Part shown: positions 1 through 13,490 of the stretch, piece after piece
Numbering within the stretch: the stretch's first letter is position 1
How the letters are laid out: each line of letters begins with the position of its first letter
Origin: Camelus dromedarius
Taxonomy: Eukaryota
Direction: 5' to 3'
Length of the DNA stretch: 64,000 nucleotides
NCBI RefSeq assembly: GCF_036321535.1
Contig: NC_087436.1
Coordinates: 120,530,001-120,594,000 of the forward strand
Notes under the pieces: generated by a model
What the model saw: only the letters and a program-made list of their open reading frames with translations
Database searches by the model: none
Told to the model about the DNA's origin: nothing
Made by a program: the position numbers and the translations under genes

Positions 1-210
1 CCTCTTGCTATACCCTGGAGGGGGGTGGACTCCCTTCACTCCAACCCTGGAGTCAGCACTGACTCAGCGCTGGGCACAGGAGCTGCTCCATGGATGAATT
101 ATTGAACAAACAAGGGAATAAATCAGTAGATTGCTTCCAGGGCCCTAGTCGGGCACCATGCACCCGGAGGGGCGGAGTGGGGGCAGAGAGACAGGCAGGC
201 GTGTACTTAC

Positions 211-324
211 CTGAGGAGTCCCAGCAGTCCTCAGGGCTGGGGCCTGTGAACCTCCGGCCAAGGATGTCGGGATAGGATTCCAGAAAGTCCACAGTCTTCA
301 GAGGGCTCTCAACGCGAGGGCCAC
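211..324 (-). CDS. ACOX3: ACOX3 exon 13 (gene continues beyond the left edge of the window)
   Basis: GPRVESPLKTVDFLESYPDILGRRF...CWDSS; TAG acceptor, GTAAGT donor; 114 nt. Confidence 0.92.
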
Positions 325-539
325 CTAGGAGCACAGCCAGTGACTCTGGGGAGAGCCAGGACCCCTCCCCCAGCCATCACGCGGGGGCTGGCCCCTCCCC
401 ATCTGACCACACGTCTCCTTCCTGTAAACACAGGGGCCATCCTGACTGCAGGGCTGACGGGGCGGCCGGGGCCGTGGGGCGGGCTGTGTGTGGCTGGGGC
501 CGCCCGCCCGCTGCGCCGCCCCCCAGCAGCCGGCCTCAC

Positions 540-662
540 CTGGGCCGCGGCGCTCTAGCAGGCTGAGCAGGTAGTTGCTGGTCTGCTGCAGCAGCACGTT
601 GTTGTCTCCCTCGTATGTGCAGTTGGGGTCGTTGTCGTTCCTGAGCTCGCCCAGACGGTTCA
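540..662 (-). CDS. ACOX3: ACOX3 exon 12 (contains the catalytic Glu motif TYEGDN)
   Basis: [33 protein letters not shown]; 123 nt; AG acceptor, GTGAGG donor. Confidence 0.96.
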
Positions 663-2426
663 CTGCAAGGAGCCGCCGCGCCCTTGTCACTGCCAGGGCA
701 CGTGGCCCCGCCCCGCCCCCCACCGGCGGGGCGCCCGCTCATCGTCTCAGCCCAGGTGCTCCCCCTGTAGGGCGTACCCGTGACCACGTGGCACGGTCGC
801 CGCTGGGAAGGGAAGGGGGCGGCTCCCAGGGCCGCGCTCAGCGACACCACCGTCCTCACTGCTGCCACGGCCTCACAGGCTGCCCGGCAGAGCTCCCCGA
901 GTGGGGCCCTGCCAGACCCGGACCGTTTCAGAGGTGCTGACTCCCTGCGAGGGGGACGGCCTTCTTTCTCCCACGATTAAAGGAAACCTTTTTACACAAG
1001 AGATTTCAAATACCTGAAGACAAGTCTCATTGTTCTTTTGTTTTCTCTCCTGCCCCTTGAATAACCCAGTTCCTCTTCAGACTTTATAAGCCATGCTACC
1101 CAGACCCCCACGTCCTGGGTCTTCACCCTCTAATGGAGAATGTTCTCCAAAAGTGGTGGGGAAGCCAGCAGGGAATCGGATGGGACCCTCACTTCCCACA
1201 CTCACATACTGCTGTGAGCAGAGCCCGAGGGGGTGTAAGACATTCTGCAGAGACACAAGGCTGTGGTCACCTGTGACACCCTGATCGCTTTCCCCTGACT
1301 CGCTGCCGCATCCCCATTCAGTAGGCCACTGAGAGCAACCTCTGGGAAATAACTTTCGATTGATGTTTAAACCTAGATAAAGGGCTTTACATTCATCCCT
1401 GCTGAGCTCGGCCTCAATGGCTAAGCCGAGCGTCTGTAAGTGTGATGACACTTGCTTTAGTCATTCGTGTTGTCTGCCGGGCTGCATGATTCAAGTGCCT
1501 CATTCTGAACTATTTATAGCATCTCTGTGAGCCCTAACAACAAACAAAACCTACTAAGAGCACTGCGCAGAGGACGAAACACATAAATGAATAAGTGACT
1601 TCTGCCGCGCTGCGGTTACCCGCCCGTGAGTAACAGAGAGAGGCGGGGCGTGGAGGAGCCGAGAGGCCACCCTGTCCGCCGCCCCCACGCGAGGGGTGAC
1701 TGGGACACATCCTCGCCAGAAGCGCAAGATTATCTACAGAGCTGCATCGGAACGCTCAAACGCAGCAAGCGCCTAAAAGGCTTCTGTGGAAACTGTCAAT
1801 AAGGTTCCTGCCAATTCTGTGACTTGGAAGGTGTGCGTGGCCTTCTTTGAGTAACCAGACTTTACCAACCAGTTATTTAAGATGAGCACGCAGGAAGTCT
1901 GGCGGGAAGGCTGCAAATAATGATGACATTAATAATAACACTAACAGTAATAATAAAAGTAACGGGGCACATGCTACGTGCTCGACACTGCTAACACCTG
2001 GTGTGCATTAATTCACTCACTCACTGCAGGCACCTGTGCTGTGCACACCCCCCCGTCACAGATAGGGCTGAGGCACAGAGAGGCTGGCAGCTGCCCCGGG
2101 GTCACACAGCTAGTGAGCAGCAGGGCCAGGATCTGGTCCCGGGGGGGCGGCTGCCCAATCTCTTAACCACCTACCAGCTGCCCACACGCTGCCAAGGCCA
2201 ATAAAAGCTCTCTTTTTCTAAGTTTAAGAATTTTTCATCAGAACAAAACTCGATGCCAGGTTACTGCCAAGTCGTTAAACTAAAAGTTTCAGTTCAAATG
2301 AACAGATGGGCTCCTTTCTGTTCCGGTTTTCAGCGGCCCCTTTGCACAGCTTCTCCAAGCCCAGTCACGGTCTGCGGATTCTGACCGAGGAGCATCAGGC
2401 ATCAGAGTGGAGAGACCTGATGAAGG

Positions 2427-2618
2427 CAGGGGTCGGCTCACTTGTTCGGAAAGGGCCAGACAGTAAACGTGGGAGGCTCTGTCTCAACCACTCAACTCTG
2501 TGTCGGAGTGGGAACACCGCCAGGGGAAATGTGTACGCACTGGGCATGGCCAAGGTGCCAATAAAACCTTATGCACAAAACGGGCTCTGGCCCACAGCCT
2601 GTAGTCTGCTGACCCCGG
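2427..2618 (+). mobile_element. MER58-like hAT DNA transposon relic
   Basis: CAGGGGTCGGC...GCTGACCCCGG terminal inverted repeats; internal AAAGGGCCAGACAGTAAA and CCAATAAAACCTTAT resemble MER58A (recalled). Confidence 0.7.
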
Positions 2619-2679
2619 GTCATGAGTCCCATGGCAAGGGTAAGGAGAGAAAGCTGCCCCACGTGTCTCCAAAACCTAC

Positions 2680-2800
2680 CGGCCAGATAGCCGTGTCCGC
2701 CACACGCCTCCCGGCATTCCTGAATTCCCCGCTGGGCAGTCCACGAGGCCAGGGACTTGCCAGCCGATGCCAAGGCATGGATCTCACGTCCGAGCTCTGC
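2680..2800 (-). CDS. ACOX3: ACOX3 exon 11
   Basis: [40 protein letters not shown] (CGGHGY motif); 121 nt. Confidence 0.96.
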
Positions 2801-4225
2801 CTTGGGGGAGGGAAGCCAACAGAACAGTGAAAAGAGGCCCCGACACCAGAGGTCGGGGTCAGGTCCACCCAAGCATCAGAGGCCTTCGTCCCCTCCAGGC
2901 TAATCCGAGACACTCGGCAACGACAAAAGAAAGAAACCCAATTTTAGCTTAAAAGAAATAGGATTCATCTAAGAATGGACACACGTAATTTCACAGCAAT
3001 GAAATTAAAGGACCAAGCTCGGCCCGGCAGGCGTGCCCCGGGGGGTAAGGCTGGTCATAGAAGAACCTGTTCTGACTCAGCTCACAGTGTGACCCCAAGT
3101 GCCGGGCGTCTTTGCTGAGACCAGGAAGGAACGCGGCGGTTGGGGGGCGGTGCCGGGACGCTGGCCCCCGAGGACCGCAGTCCAGGTCACCCACTGCCCT
3201 ATCTGCAGGGGGCCTGCCCAGACTCCCCTCCTGACACGTCTGGTAAATATTCTTTTGCTTTGACTCGATGTTTAATAAAAAGGGTTACGAGAGAAACGCA
3301 CACGTGCCTGCTAACACGATCCACCTCAGCAGTGTTTACAGCTTCCAACGAGGGCTCCTTTAACCTGTGCCTGGGTTAAACCTCTGAGCTTCAGAAAGAA
3401 CAGGGCACGGTTAACTACACTTCACAACATTACTAACAGAAGGATTCCAATGTCAGCTGGCCAAAGCTTCAATGACTCGCGCTCGGGGAACACGCATAGC
3501 CGTGTTCCTGATGGAAAGGTCCTCGCGGACCAGCAAGCCGGCCTGACTTGCTCCGCAGCGCACCCTGCTGGCCTCCCAGCGCCCCCCCCCCCCCACCTCC
3601 CGACGCCTGCATGTTTATGCTGAGTTTTCCAAGATGCGCTGATCTGACACAGGCTTTTCAGGGTGCGGCACACCCTCATCTGCAGCATTTCTCATCAGTT
3701 TTCAAACGCGTTTATTGTGATTCACACTTCACTTCTGCCCAGGAGGCAGCACGAGGCGGCCGCGGAAAATCAAAACGTGAACCGTCCACACAGAAATGAG
3801 CCAAGGACTCCTTTTCACGTCGGGGCTGATCCCAGGGGATTTGCACGCTCATCTCTGGCACAAAGCCTCGCCTGTCAACTCAAATCTAGTCAGCTGGAGC
3901 CCAACCTTTGTAGGGTTGTTTACAAAAGGATCAGAACCATGAAATCTACTGAGGGGCCAGCAATGTGGATTGTGCAAAACCATCAAGTTCTCAAGAGGGG
4001 AGCAGCAGCTGAACTCACAGACAGGAACTGGGAGTCGCGTCAGCACATCCTTGAGGAACGGGGATGCGGACACGTGCCCAGCGCGTCCAGATGACGGCCA
4101 GGACTCTGAGGGTCTGCGTGGGTGCACACAACGGAAGGAATGCGTCCCTGCGAAGCCACACTGTGGACCCCGGCGACATTTAAACGACGATCAGCACTGT
4201 GGAGAAGAGCGGGCGCGGCTCTCAC

Positions 4226-4348
4226 CTGCGTGGCACTCTGGTCGTTCCCCAGGAGGCCGTGCTGAAGCTTCTCCATGTCCAGGAAGAGCGACTTGGAAAA
4301 GTGGTCCAAGGCGTAGGTGGCCGCCAGGTACGGGAGTAAGCGCCATTG
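4226..4348 (-). CDS. ACOX3: ACOX3 exon 10
   Basis: QWRLLPYLAATYALDHFSKSLFLD...SATQ; 123 nt; GTGAG donor. Confidence 0.95.
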
Positions 4349-4939
4349 CTGAAATGAACAAAACCGCTGTCGGCACACCGGCAAAGCCTCCTGAGAACCC
4401 GTGCCTCCCGGGGTGGCCGTGCAGGACGGGCGCGCCAGGAGCCCCCGTCCACTGTCCCAGGCAAATGCAGAAGGTCCTGCACATCTCTGGCACCCACCGC
4501 CATGAAGCCTGGACCCCAAGGCTCTTCCAACCCAGCCAGTGCTCCCCCCTCACCCCAACGACCCCACTCAAGGCACACCTGTGCCACGTTCAACGCCCTG
4601 CTCACCCCCCCACCGCTATGTCACCAATGTGGCCACTGGGCCGGACTAAATGCAGCCTACACGGGACCAAGGAAGCCAGGCTGCTGCACCAAGTGTGAGG
4701 CCCACCAGGCAATCCCTGTGCTTCCTGAGCGCCCGAGGACTGAAGCAATCGCCCCAGGCCCGACGGGGGAGCTGAGGCTCATGGAGAGCCGGAGGGAGCA
4801 CGTCTCTTTCACCAGCGCACACCCACTGCTGTGCGGATGGAGGCTAGGGAGCCGGGAAGGACCCGGGCAACCACCACCGCTGCCGGCACCACCATCCTCT
4901 ACCGTCTGCTGGACGCGGACATGGCGTCAGCTGCTCCTC

Positions 4940-5110
4940 ACGCACTAACGTATCCAACCCTCACAACCACCCATGAAGAGGTACTACAGCCAGTCCCAAT
5001 TCACAAATGAGGAAAGTGCAGCACAGAGAGGTTCAGTGCCTTGCCTGAGGGCACACAGCAGGGAGAGGGTGGACCTGGGGCTGGGAGCCCAAGCACGTGG
5101 CTCTCAGGGG
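4940..5110. mobile_element. MIR fragment
   Basis: MIR-core-like CACAAATGAGGAAAGTGCAGCACAGAGAGGTTCAGTGCCTTGCCTGAGGGCACACAGC. Confidence 0.6.
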
Positions 5111-5937
5111 CTCTCGTAACCCCGGGCCTATGCCTGGTGCCCAGCAGTCAGGTGCGCTGTGACCTCACAAAGGCCACGGGTCAGTGGGATGGTGGGTCCT
5201 GGGTGTCGCCCAGGTATGAACCAGGGCTTTTCCTTACTTACTTGTATTAAAAGAAGTGTGAAAAGGACCAAATGCGATTCAGTTAAAGTTCCTGAAGTTT
5301 CACTTGAATACACCTTGGCCCAAGACCTGGGCCTGATTTAGCTGCTAATTCTTGACAGGGGTCATCAGGGTGGTCACTCCAAACAGCCTGCTGTGAGGAC
5401 CAGGTGTGCGGGCGGTGTGTGTGGAAGGGCTGGGGACGCAGAGGCATCACTGTGATAAAATGCATCCCCAACCCCATCCAGGCACCTGGGTGATGCTCAG
5501 CCGGGGCTGCAGCTCTGCCATCAAAGGACTAGTGTCCCCTCTGCTAAGGATGTCACCATGAACTGGGCGGGACCCTTGGCGGCTGTGACCTGGGGCTGCG
5601 TCTCAGGGATGGGGTGAGGGCATGGGAGCGTGGCCTGGATGTGCAGGGTCTTCCCTGTAAGCGGGGAGAGCGTGCACGCCCATCTCCCGCAGTCTTGCCG
5701 GGCGCCAACCCAGGTCCCTGACCGAGGCTGCCTGCACACACCCCTTGTTAACTGAAGACCGTGAATGAAGACCACTGGCACCCCAGATGCTCCACTCCTT
5801 CCCCGCAGCTGCCTGCGCTCACCCTGCTAACGGCCTGAGTCAGCTCAGCTCCCGGTAACCGAGCTGCAGCTCCCACAGGAGCAGGTCTCTGCTTGCAGGA
5901 CAGAAGGAAAGGGAAGCCACACTTGTGAAACCCACAC

Positions 5938-6120
5938 CTGCATCTGATACTCCAGCACCGGTACCTCCTCCTCGCCTGTCGGTCCAAACTGGCGCCTGGT
6001 GGCTGAGAACCGCAGTGCTATGGACATGGCCAGCTTTAAGTTGGTGACGGCCATACCCACAATGGAGACCCGGCCTGCGGACAGGCTGCCCAGAGATGCT
6101 CCGAAGCGCTGCCTGACGTC
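5938..6120 (-). CDS. ACOX3: ACOX3 exon 9
   Basis: [20 protein letters not shown]...[11 protein letters not shown]...VLEYQMQ; 183 nt. Confidence 0.96.
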
Positions 6121-6992
6121 CTGCGGGGGAATGCAGATTAATGTTGGATCATCAACGGTCACCTGGGGGACAGGCACGGGGACGGGGGGAGCACTCCTTT
6201 ACTGGTTCAATACTGCCGGCCCCGCACTGGGCACCCAGACACAGACCCCCGGGCCCAGGCGGGCCGAGCCGCAAGGAGGGCTGGTGTCCTGTGAACTGTT
6301 CTGGGATGGTGTGGGTGGCACGGGGGACACACAGTGGCATGGGGACCTGCAGGCTGCCACCTGGGGGTCCTGAAGCCCTGCTCTTTGACCCCACCGAGAA
6401 CCAGACACAGCTCAGGCTGCAGGCAAGGCGGGGACCAGGGACAGAGTGCCCAGCTGCACCCACGTTTGTTTATGAAATGGGCTCCGTTCCCCACCCCCCT
6501 GGAACTCCTCTCTCCCCTCAAACAACCACTCTAAGGGGTGTGATAACCATCTGCTGTTCTCTGTGGTCTTTTAAAATGGGTAATTGCCCAGGTGCACCTA
6601 TTTTTAATGTGTTATAAATCTCAACATGCTTACTGCACGCCGGGGTGCGGTCAGCCCCAGACACCAGAGACTGCTGTTTGTCACTGTGGCTGTGCACGGC
6701 CCAGCAGGCGACCCTTCACCTCAAAGCCCCCGGTGGGAAACAGCACTGGTGGGGGCAGCCTCCCTAACCGTGACCCTGGGGGGCTGGCGGAGGCGTGTGA
6801 GGGATTGTCACTGTGCCTGGGGCCCTGGGGGCGGCCGACCCCGATCTGCACCTGCATCTGGACAGGCTCGCAAGGGCCGCCAGCGGCTCCCGTGGCCCGT
6901 CCCCTTCTCTGAGCACAGGGGGCCGGGGTCTGGTGGGCGTGGTGGGGACGGCTTCGTCACCCACAAACTGCCCTGCCTGGAAGCACCGCTAC

Positions 6993-7089
6993 CTTAAAGG
7001 AGGAGACGTAGGCACCCTCAGGGGTGACGTCGCCCGTGCGGTTCAGCAGGTCCTGGCGAGGAATTCTCACCTTGTGGAACAGGGCAAAC
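6993..7089 (-). CDS. ACOX3: ACOX3 exon 8
   Basis: [32 protein letters not shown]; 97 nt; phase complements exon 7. Confidence 0.95.
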
Positions 7090-7294
7090 CTGTGAGGAGA
7101 GACAGCGCTTCCGGTTAAACTGGCCCCTGGGTCGATCTCTCGCTCCTGAAAGCCAGTCAGATAAAAGCCCAGGACGGCTCAGAAGGTAGCAGAACCCACA
7201 GAAGCCAAAACCAAACCCAACTGGGACAGAAGACACCGGAAATCAGGACATTGCAAGACACCATTCTACCCAAGAGCGCGCGTTTAACAAGAGA

Positions 7295-7348
7295 GTGTGT
7301 GTGAGTGTGTGTGTGTGTGTGTGTGTGAGTGTGAGTGTGTGTGTGTGT
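7295..7348. repeat. (TG)n microsatellite with GA interruptions
   Basis: Directly visible. Confidence 0.95.
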
Positions 7349-10300
7349 ATAACACGGTGTGGCAAAATCAGGTCAAACTGAGGTTTTAAATATCTCCCTC
7401 ACAAAAGCCTAGGGGACAAGGTTATGCCAGGTAACCGGAGGGGCATAGCTTGTGCCAAAAACCCAAACCACCTCAAAACATCAACAGCCCCCGCAGCACC
7501 TTATCTGACCACTAAGCATTGTCAGTGTCACACAGAACATTCTTTCACGACCCACAGGAATAGCTTTGGGAAAATGGCAGCGCCCTGCAGAGAAGGGGGG
7601 CAGCTCTCCAGCCCCCTCCCTCCCACGCTGCTCCCACTCTGCTCCAAGCCTGTGCCCGGCACCCGAGTCACCATCCAGAGTCACCGCCTGTCCTGCACGG
7701 GGGAGCAGAGGCGTCTCTAAACTTCAGCTTGGAATGTCACGTCCAGCATGAGATCGTTGGACCCCTAGGACCTGTAGGATCTAAACCCAGAGTGATGCGG
7801 AGAGCCCTCTGACGGGACCCCTGCCTGCTGCCCCATCAACACCTCACTCCTCGCAGCCCGCGGCTGGGTCAATCTGCTCGTGACCTTCAAGCCGGCCAGG
7901 CCCTCTCCTGACCTCCAGGCAGGCAGCCCTCAGAGTGCGGCTACCGCCTCCAGGAAGCCCGCCGTGATTCTCCTCCGCGCCCTGCAGTGAGTACCAGGTG
8001 GTCTCACTCTGCAGCGACTGCCCGTCGTCCACGCTGCTCGCTGAGCCACCTGCTTGTTGGTGACAGTTCCCAGGGGTCTTCTCACCCTGTCATAATGGGG
8101 CCACATGCCTGGAACCTACTGGACACTTCAGAAGGGTCATGGAATGAAGCAACTGCGGGTGAGACATCATCCTTGGGGCACTGGGGTCACCTCCACCAAA
8201 CCCCGAGTCCTGGGACAGCCTTGGAGGGTGACAGAGCAGCACCTTCCAGCGCAAGAGTGGAAGGGCAGAGCCCTGGGCTGGACGCAGCCGGTCGGGGGGC
8301 CCCTCCCACGTTCCTTCACAAGCGACTAGGATTTCTGCACGAGGCCACTAGGCCCCAGCCGGTGTCCAGGTGAGGAGCCAACGTCTGTGGGTTTCCCTCC
8401 TACGTGTGAAATGCAGGCCAGCCACACTCCAGCTCCCAGCAGGCCCCGTCGAGACCCTGAAGGCACTGCCTGGGGTGAGCCGCTGCATCACAGCCTTTCT
8501 GGGGCCACTCTGACCGGCCCGGAAGGCCCGTGTTCTGAGGCCCACTTTCCAAGGACGCCTGGCCCCGGCGCCGATGCCCCTGGCGGGGTCCAGCTTGCTA
8601 CTTGCAAGCCAAGGGACGCTCTTCCAAGTGTGAGCCTGAGAACTCAGAGTGCTCTCTTCGCCCTCCTCTGCCCCCCAGAGGTGACACAAGTCAGTGTGTT
8701 TATACTTCAGAGAGGATTTGCTTCAGTTTAACTGAAATCAAGACTTCACATGTTCTGTTTTGAGCACTTCTATGTGGCAGGAGCTGCTCCAGAGACAGTC
8801 AAATGGTGGCCAGACTGTGGGCCAGCCTGCAAGCCAGACTCCCAGTGTCCCCAGAAAACATGGGGGTGTGTGCATGTGACGTGGAGAGTGAGCGACACGG
8901 TGGGGCTGGTGGGGCTCCCAGACCTCATGCCTGGGCCCCCACCCCACGTCCTCCTTGCTCCTCGAGACCCCGCTGTGGTCGCACCCCACCTGGGGCCCAG
9001 GGGGCACTGGACATGCTCCCGCCTCCTGGAAGCTGTGGCTCACTGGCTCTCCTGAGGGGTCCCCACCGTTCTGAAGCTAGAGTTATTTGGTAAAAGTCAC
9101 CCAAGCAATTTGTCTGCCTCTGATTTCCCACCTCCTTGGGAATTTTCGTCAAGTGACTAAAGCTAACCAACAGATCGTTACCACTTTTTTCAAAATAAAC
9201 GATCTCGGACAACAGTCACTAAATCACAACACTGCCCCTCGAGCAGCAGGCAGAGTGAGCCCCAGGGTCTCCTGTGTCCCTGAAGCCCCCTGCTGGACAT
9301 GCACACCAAGGCCGGCGGGGACGAGGGGCCAGGCGGGCAACTCGGGCAACATGGGACCTTCAGAGGCTCAGGGATGGAGCATGGCTGCTTCGACACCCTG
9401 TCTGCCCCGTAGGTTGGGTGACCTTGGGTTTGGGGAGCCTTTCTTAGATGGCCTGGGCAGGGGGAGGTGGTCCCCATGCCGCCCCCTGGTGGCACCAAGC
9501 TGGCACTTCAGAGTTTCCGAGCCCTGTTCACCACGACGTGCAATGCATGTGTTTAGGGGAGTCTTGGCTACGCTGGTGTGACTGTGGGTGGCTCTGCTCA
9601 GCGCTCCTCGGGACCATTGGGTAAGACACAAGCATTCAGTCTCGAGGGACAGAAGCTGAGCTGAGGGAACTAAGTGGGGAGCTTTTCACTGATGTCCCAG
9701 GACCGTGTTCAAGAATCTAACTTGTCAAACCAAATACGCAGGGACTGGAGATCTGTGACTGCACCCGACGCCGTCCACTGGACAGCAGTGACCTGTCCAC
9801 CGATGGAATCACCGTACACGTATTTCTGACCCTGGGACGCAGCTCTAACAGACACCAGTTGTCAGAGTCCAGTGTGAGGCAGGGCGTCCCCCAACCTGCA
9901 CACGGCCGGGACGCCTCCTCAAAACACCGAGTTGGGCGGCTGCCTTGCTCGGAGGGCTCCGGAGCGTCTCCTGCCCTGAGGACCAAAGGCCACCTGGCCC
10001 GCCCCCACAGTGATGGAAGGGAATTGACGGCGGGCTCCAGCCTTCACTCACAGGCTCTTCTCACAAGTCAGCGAGAGAGGCGCTCAGAATCCTAAGACGG
10101 GCACCTGTGGGCAGGCTCTGCGTGTGTGTGTTTGGTTTTGCTTTTTAACAACACCCTTCCGCTCTCTCCTCCAGCTACACAGAGTGAAAACTGATGGTTC
10201 CCAGCCCTCTCTGGCACAGGCTAGGGCGCGCCTGTTCTAAGGGTCCAAGCAGAGATTTGAGACACTCTCTGGGCCCCCAGCGCCCGGACTCCTTGCAGGG

Positions 10301-11348
10301 GTGGGGGTAGCAGCTGAGAGGTTTCTCCGCGCTCAGGGTGGCGGAGGACCCCCGGCCCAGCTTCAGCTTCAGAGATCACCTGCCCCCGATTCACCCTCTG
10401 AAGACCAGATGAGCAGAGGCTCACTACGTGAGGCAGGACCCTCTGGTCGCTGCTGTGCATGAAGAAGTAGGTACGTAAAAAATCCTGGGACAGTGTGAGC
10501 TACATGACTAAGGAACCCCCGGCTTTGCTTTCCCCCTGTTAGTAAGCATCTCGGGGGAGCAGGGAGCCCTCTTGGCCAGGCTTCCCAGGAGACGGAGTGT
10601 GAGTCCCACTGCACGGGTGAGGAAGCACCGACAGGCAGCAAACGGCCGGGAAGACCACGTCCTTGGTCCCCAGCCGGGAACCACACAAGGGCCCGGCACA
10701 GGGCCTACGGTTCTCCTCACAGACAAGGGGACAGGCCGGGTGAACACAAAGAGTCAGAGGTGGACCAAGGATTTGAATCCAAATCTGGCTGATTCCAAAA
10801 CTCATGCCATTAATAATCCCAGGAATCTGCAGTGAGACCACAGGTTCTCCATGACGCGGTCCCTGCCCTCCTCCCAACACGCTGCAGGGCCTCACAGCGC
10901 CCCCATCCCAGAGTCTCATCTCAGACCACACTGCCACCTCTGCCCAGAACACTGCTCTGCCCTCAAAATCACCATGGAACTGCGCTGGATGCCCAAGCTC
11001 CGGGGGAGGGAGGCAAAGCCCCAGGCCATGGGCTGAAGCCCCAGGGCCACTAGTGTCTGGCCTGGGCCTGGGTTGAGGGCTGGAGAGGCCGCCTGCCGGG
11101 GAGAAAACTGCTTGTCTCGCGCTCGGGGCCATTCACACCTCCTGCAGTTGCGGTTCAAGTGGCCATGGCCCTCCATGGCACGGAGGTGAGGCATGTCCCC
11201 ACCGTGTTCTGCTTGCCTCCGCGGGGGTCCAGGAAGGCAAGAGGCAGCATGGAGGGACCGGTGAGGTGACAGGTAGAAATACACCGAACACACATCCTCA
11301 AGGAACGCCCCCCGAGGACGGACCACCAAGTCCAAGGTGCACACTCAC

Positions 11349-11437
11349 CCGTTGTCCAGACCGTTCTGCCCGAGCTTCTTCCCAATGTTGCCAACCATCA
11401 CCCCTGGCATGGGAAGAAGGGTCTTTGGGTCTCGAAT
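11349..11437 (-). CDS. ACOX3: ACOX3 exon 7
   Basis: [29 protein letters not shown](G); CAG acceptor, GTGAGT donor; 89 nt. Confidence 0.95.
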
Positions 11438-11538
11438 CTGTACAAACCACAGAAACAGCGACTGTCACGACCACACAAAAATCAGAATGAACACGCTCAA
11501 AAACCCCAGTGACTGAGACACAGGCTCCCTCTGCGTAG

Positions 11539-11947
11539 CTGCAGTGGGTTCAAGTGTCCTCCGGAAACGCGACCTTATTAGGAGGAGGCTCCACCGCAGA
11601 GGGAATGAAGGATCTGGAGACGAGCTCGCCCTGGACCACCCAGGTGGGCCCCAGACCCATGGACCAGTGTCCTCTAAAAGGAGGCGATGACATGAAGAGA
11701 GGGAGGCCACCTGAAGACGGGGACAGAGATGGGAGAGAGGCAGCCACAGCCCAGGAACAGCTGGTGCCCCCCCTGAAGCCGGAGGAGGCTGGGAGGACCG
11801 TCCCCTGGAGCCTCCAGGGAGAGCGTGGCCTTTCTCACGTCTTGATCTAGCCTCTCGGCTCCAGTCTGTGAGACGCTCAGTCTCTGTTGTTCTGGGCCCC
11901 TAGTTCGCAGTGCTATTTGGTCATGGTGGCCCCAGGACACTGATGTA
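11539..11947 (+). mobile_element. MLT1 (MaLR) solo LTR
   Basis: MLT1-like motifs GCCACAGCCCAGGAAC, CCCCTGGAGCCTCCAGGGAGAGCGTGGCC, CTGTGAGA...TCTGTTGTT...GGACACTGATGTA. Confidence 0.7.
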
Positions 11948-12153
11948 GAGGCTGAGCAGTACATGCTGCCTGGAGGACGCTAGGCGTTTCATATTTATGT
12001 TCTAGATACGGGACTCTCTGCTGGATTTTAATGAAAAGACAAGATGGCTGTGCACATACGTGCTGTGGGGGAAACAGTGTAAGATTATTTTTGTAAATCT
12101 CTGCTCCCCAAAATGAGTTTCCAACAAATATACACACCTAAAAGACACAGAGA

Positions 12154-12250
12154 GGGGAAGGGCACAGCTCAGCGGTAGAGCGCGTGCTTAGCATGCGCGA
12201 GGTCCTGGGTTCAGTCCCCAGTGCCTCCATTTGAAAAAGAAAAAAGAAAA
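12154..12250 (+). mobile_element. tRNA-derived SINE (camelid vic-1-like)
   Basis: A box AGCTCAGCGGTAGAGC, B box GGTTCAGTCCC, A-rich tail. Confidence 0.85.
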
Positions 12251-13490
12251 TGCAAATCAAAACCACAACCAGATAACTTCTTCACACACACTAGGGCGGT
12301 TATGGAAAAAAGGAAAAAAGAAAAATAACACGGGTCGGTGGGGATGTGACGGAACTGGAGCCCTCAGCATCGCTGGTGGGGAGGTAACACGGTGGGAACT
12401 ATATAGGGCTCTAAACAAGCCCAACACAGAGTCGCCATCATGACCCTGCAACCTCGGTCCTGGGTTCGTGCCCCAGAGAACTGAAAACAGGTGTCCAAGC
12501 AGACCCCGCTCTTGAACGTTCACAGCGACGACATTCCCAGGAGCCAAAAGATGAGAAACCACCCAGCGTCCATCAAAGGACAAACGGGTACACACACCGC
12601 GGTCCCTCCACGCAGCAGATCGACCGTTCAGCCTTAGAAAGGAAGGGGGTCCTGGCACAGGCTGCAACGGGGATGAACCTCAAAGACGTGTGAAGGGTAA
12701 AGCAGCTATGGTATATTTACACAATGGAACACTACTCAGCCAGAAAAGAATGAAATAATGCCACCTGCAACAACACGGATGGACCAGGAGATCATCACAC
12801 TAAGTGAAGTCAGTCAGAAAGAGAAAGAAAAATACCATACGATGTCACATACGTGGAATCTTAAAAAAGGACACAAACGAACTTATTTACAAAACAGAAA
12901 CAGACTCACAGACACAGAAAACAAACTTGTGGTTACCAGAGCAGGAAGGAGGGGAGAGGGATAAACTGGGAGTTCAGGATTTGCAGATACTAACTCTATG
13001 TACAACACAGATACACAGCAAGGTCCTACTGTACAGCACGGGGGACTCTATTCAAAAGCTTGTAATAACCTATAATGAAAAAGAACATAAAAAGGAACGT
13101 ACATACAAGTACAACTGAATCACTGTGCTGTACATCAGAAGTAAACACAGCACTGCAAACCAACTATACTTCAATAAAAACAAAACAAAACAAAAAAAGC
13201 AGGTGGAGGGAAAGAAGCCGGACACCAAAGCTCACAGAACACGTGATCCTTTTTAGACAAAGCGTCCCAGAGAGGCAGATCCACAGAGGAGACCAGGGGC
13301 TGCCAGGGCTGGGGTGGGGGGCGGGGGAGGGGAGTTGGTGCTGAGTCGGGGGGGCGAGCGTCTTCTAGAGATGAAACACTTTGAAGGGGCTGGCTGCACA
13401 ACACCATGAATGCACTGAAAGCCACTCCATTGTTCCTTTAAAATGGTTAACTGTACGTTACATGAATTTCACCTCAATTTAAAAAAAATG
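12250..13490 (+). mobile_element. Old L1 3' fragment interrupted by a younger L1 3' end (about 12697-13199, with A-tail)
   Basis: L1 motifs ATGCAAATCAAAACCACA and CTAAGTGAAGTCAGTCAGAAAGAGAAAG; AATAAAA followed by a (CAAAA)n tail; the older L1 resumes at about 13200. Confidence 0.8.

Noticed and set aside
1600..1780. CpG/GC-box cluster in ACOX3 intron 11 as an internal promoter
   Set aside because: Short and not distinguishable from the generally CpG-rich background of this region.
3970..4698. 242-aa plus-strand ORF (and the 277-aa ORF at 36213-37046)
   Set aside because: Antisense shadow of an exon or GC-rich intron; no recognisable protein.
12154..12230. tRNA gene calls for the A/B-box elements
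   Set aside because: Multiple diverged copies with A-tails and a poor acceptor stem indicate SINEs.
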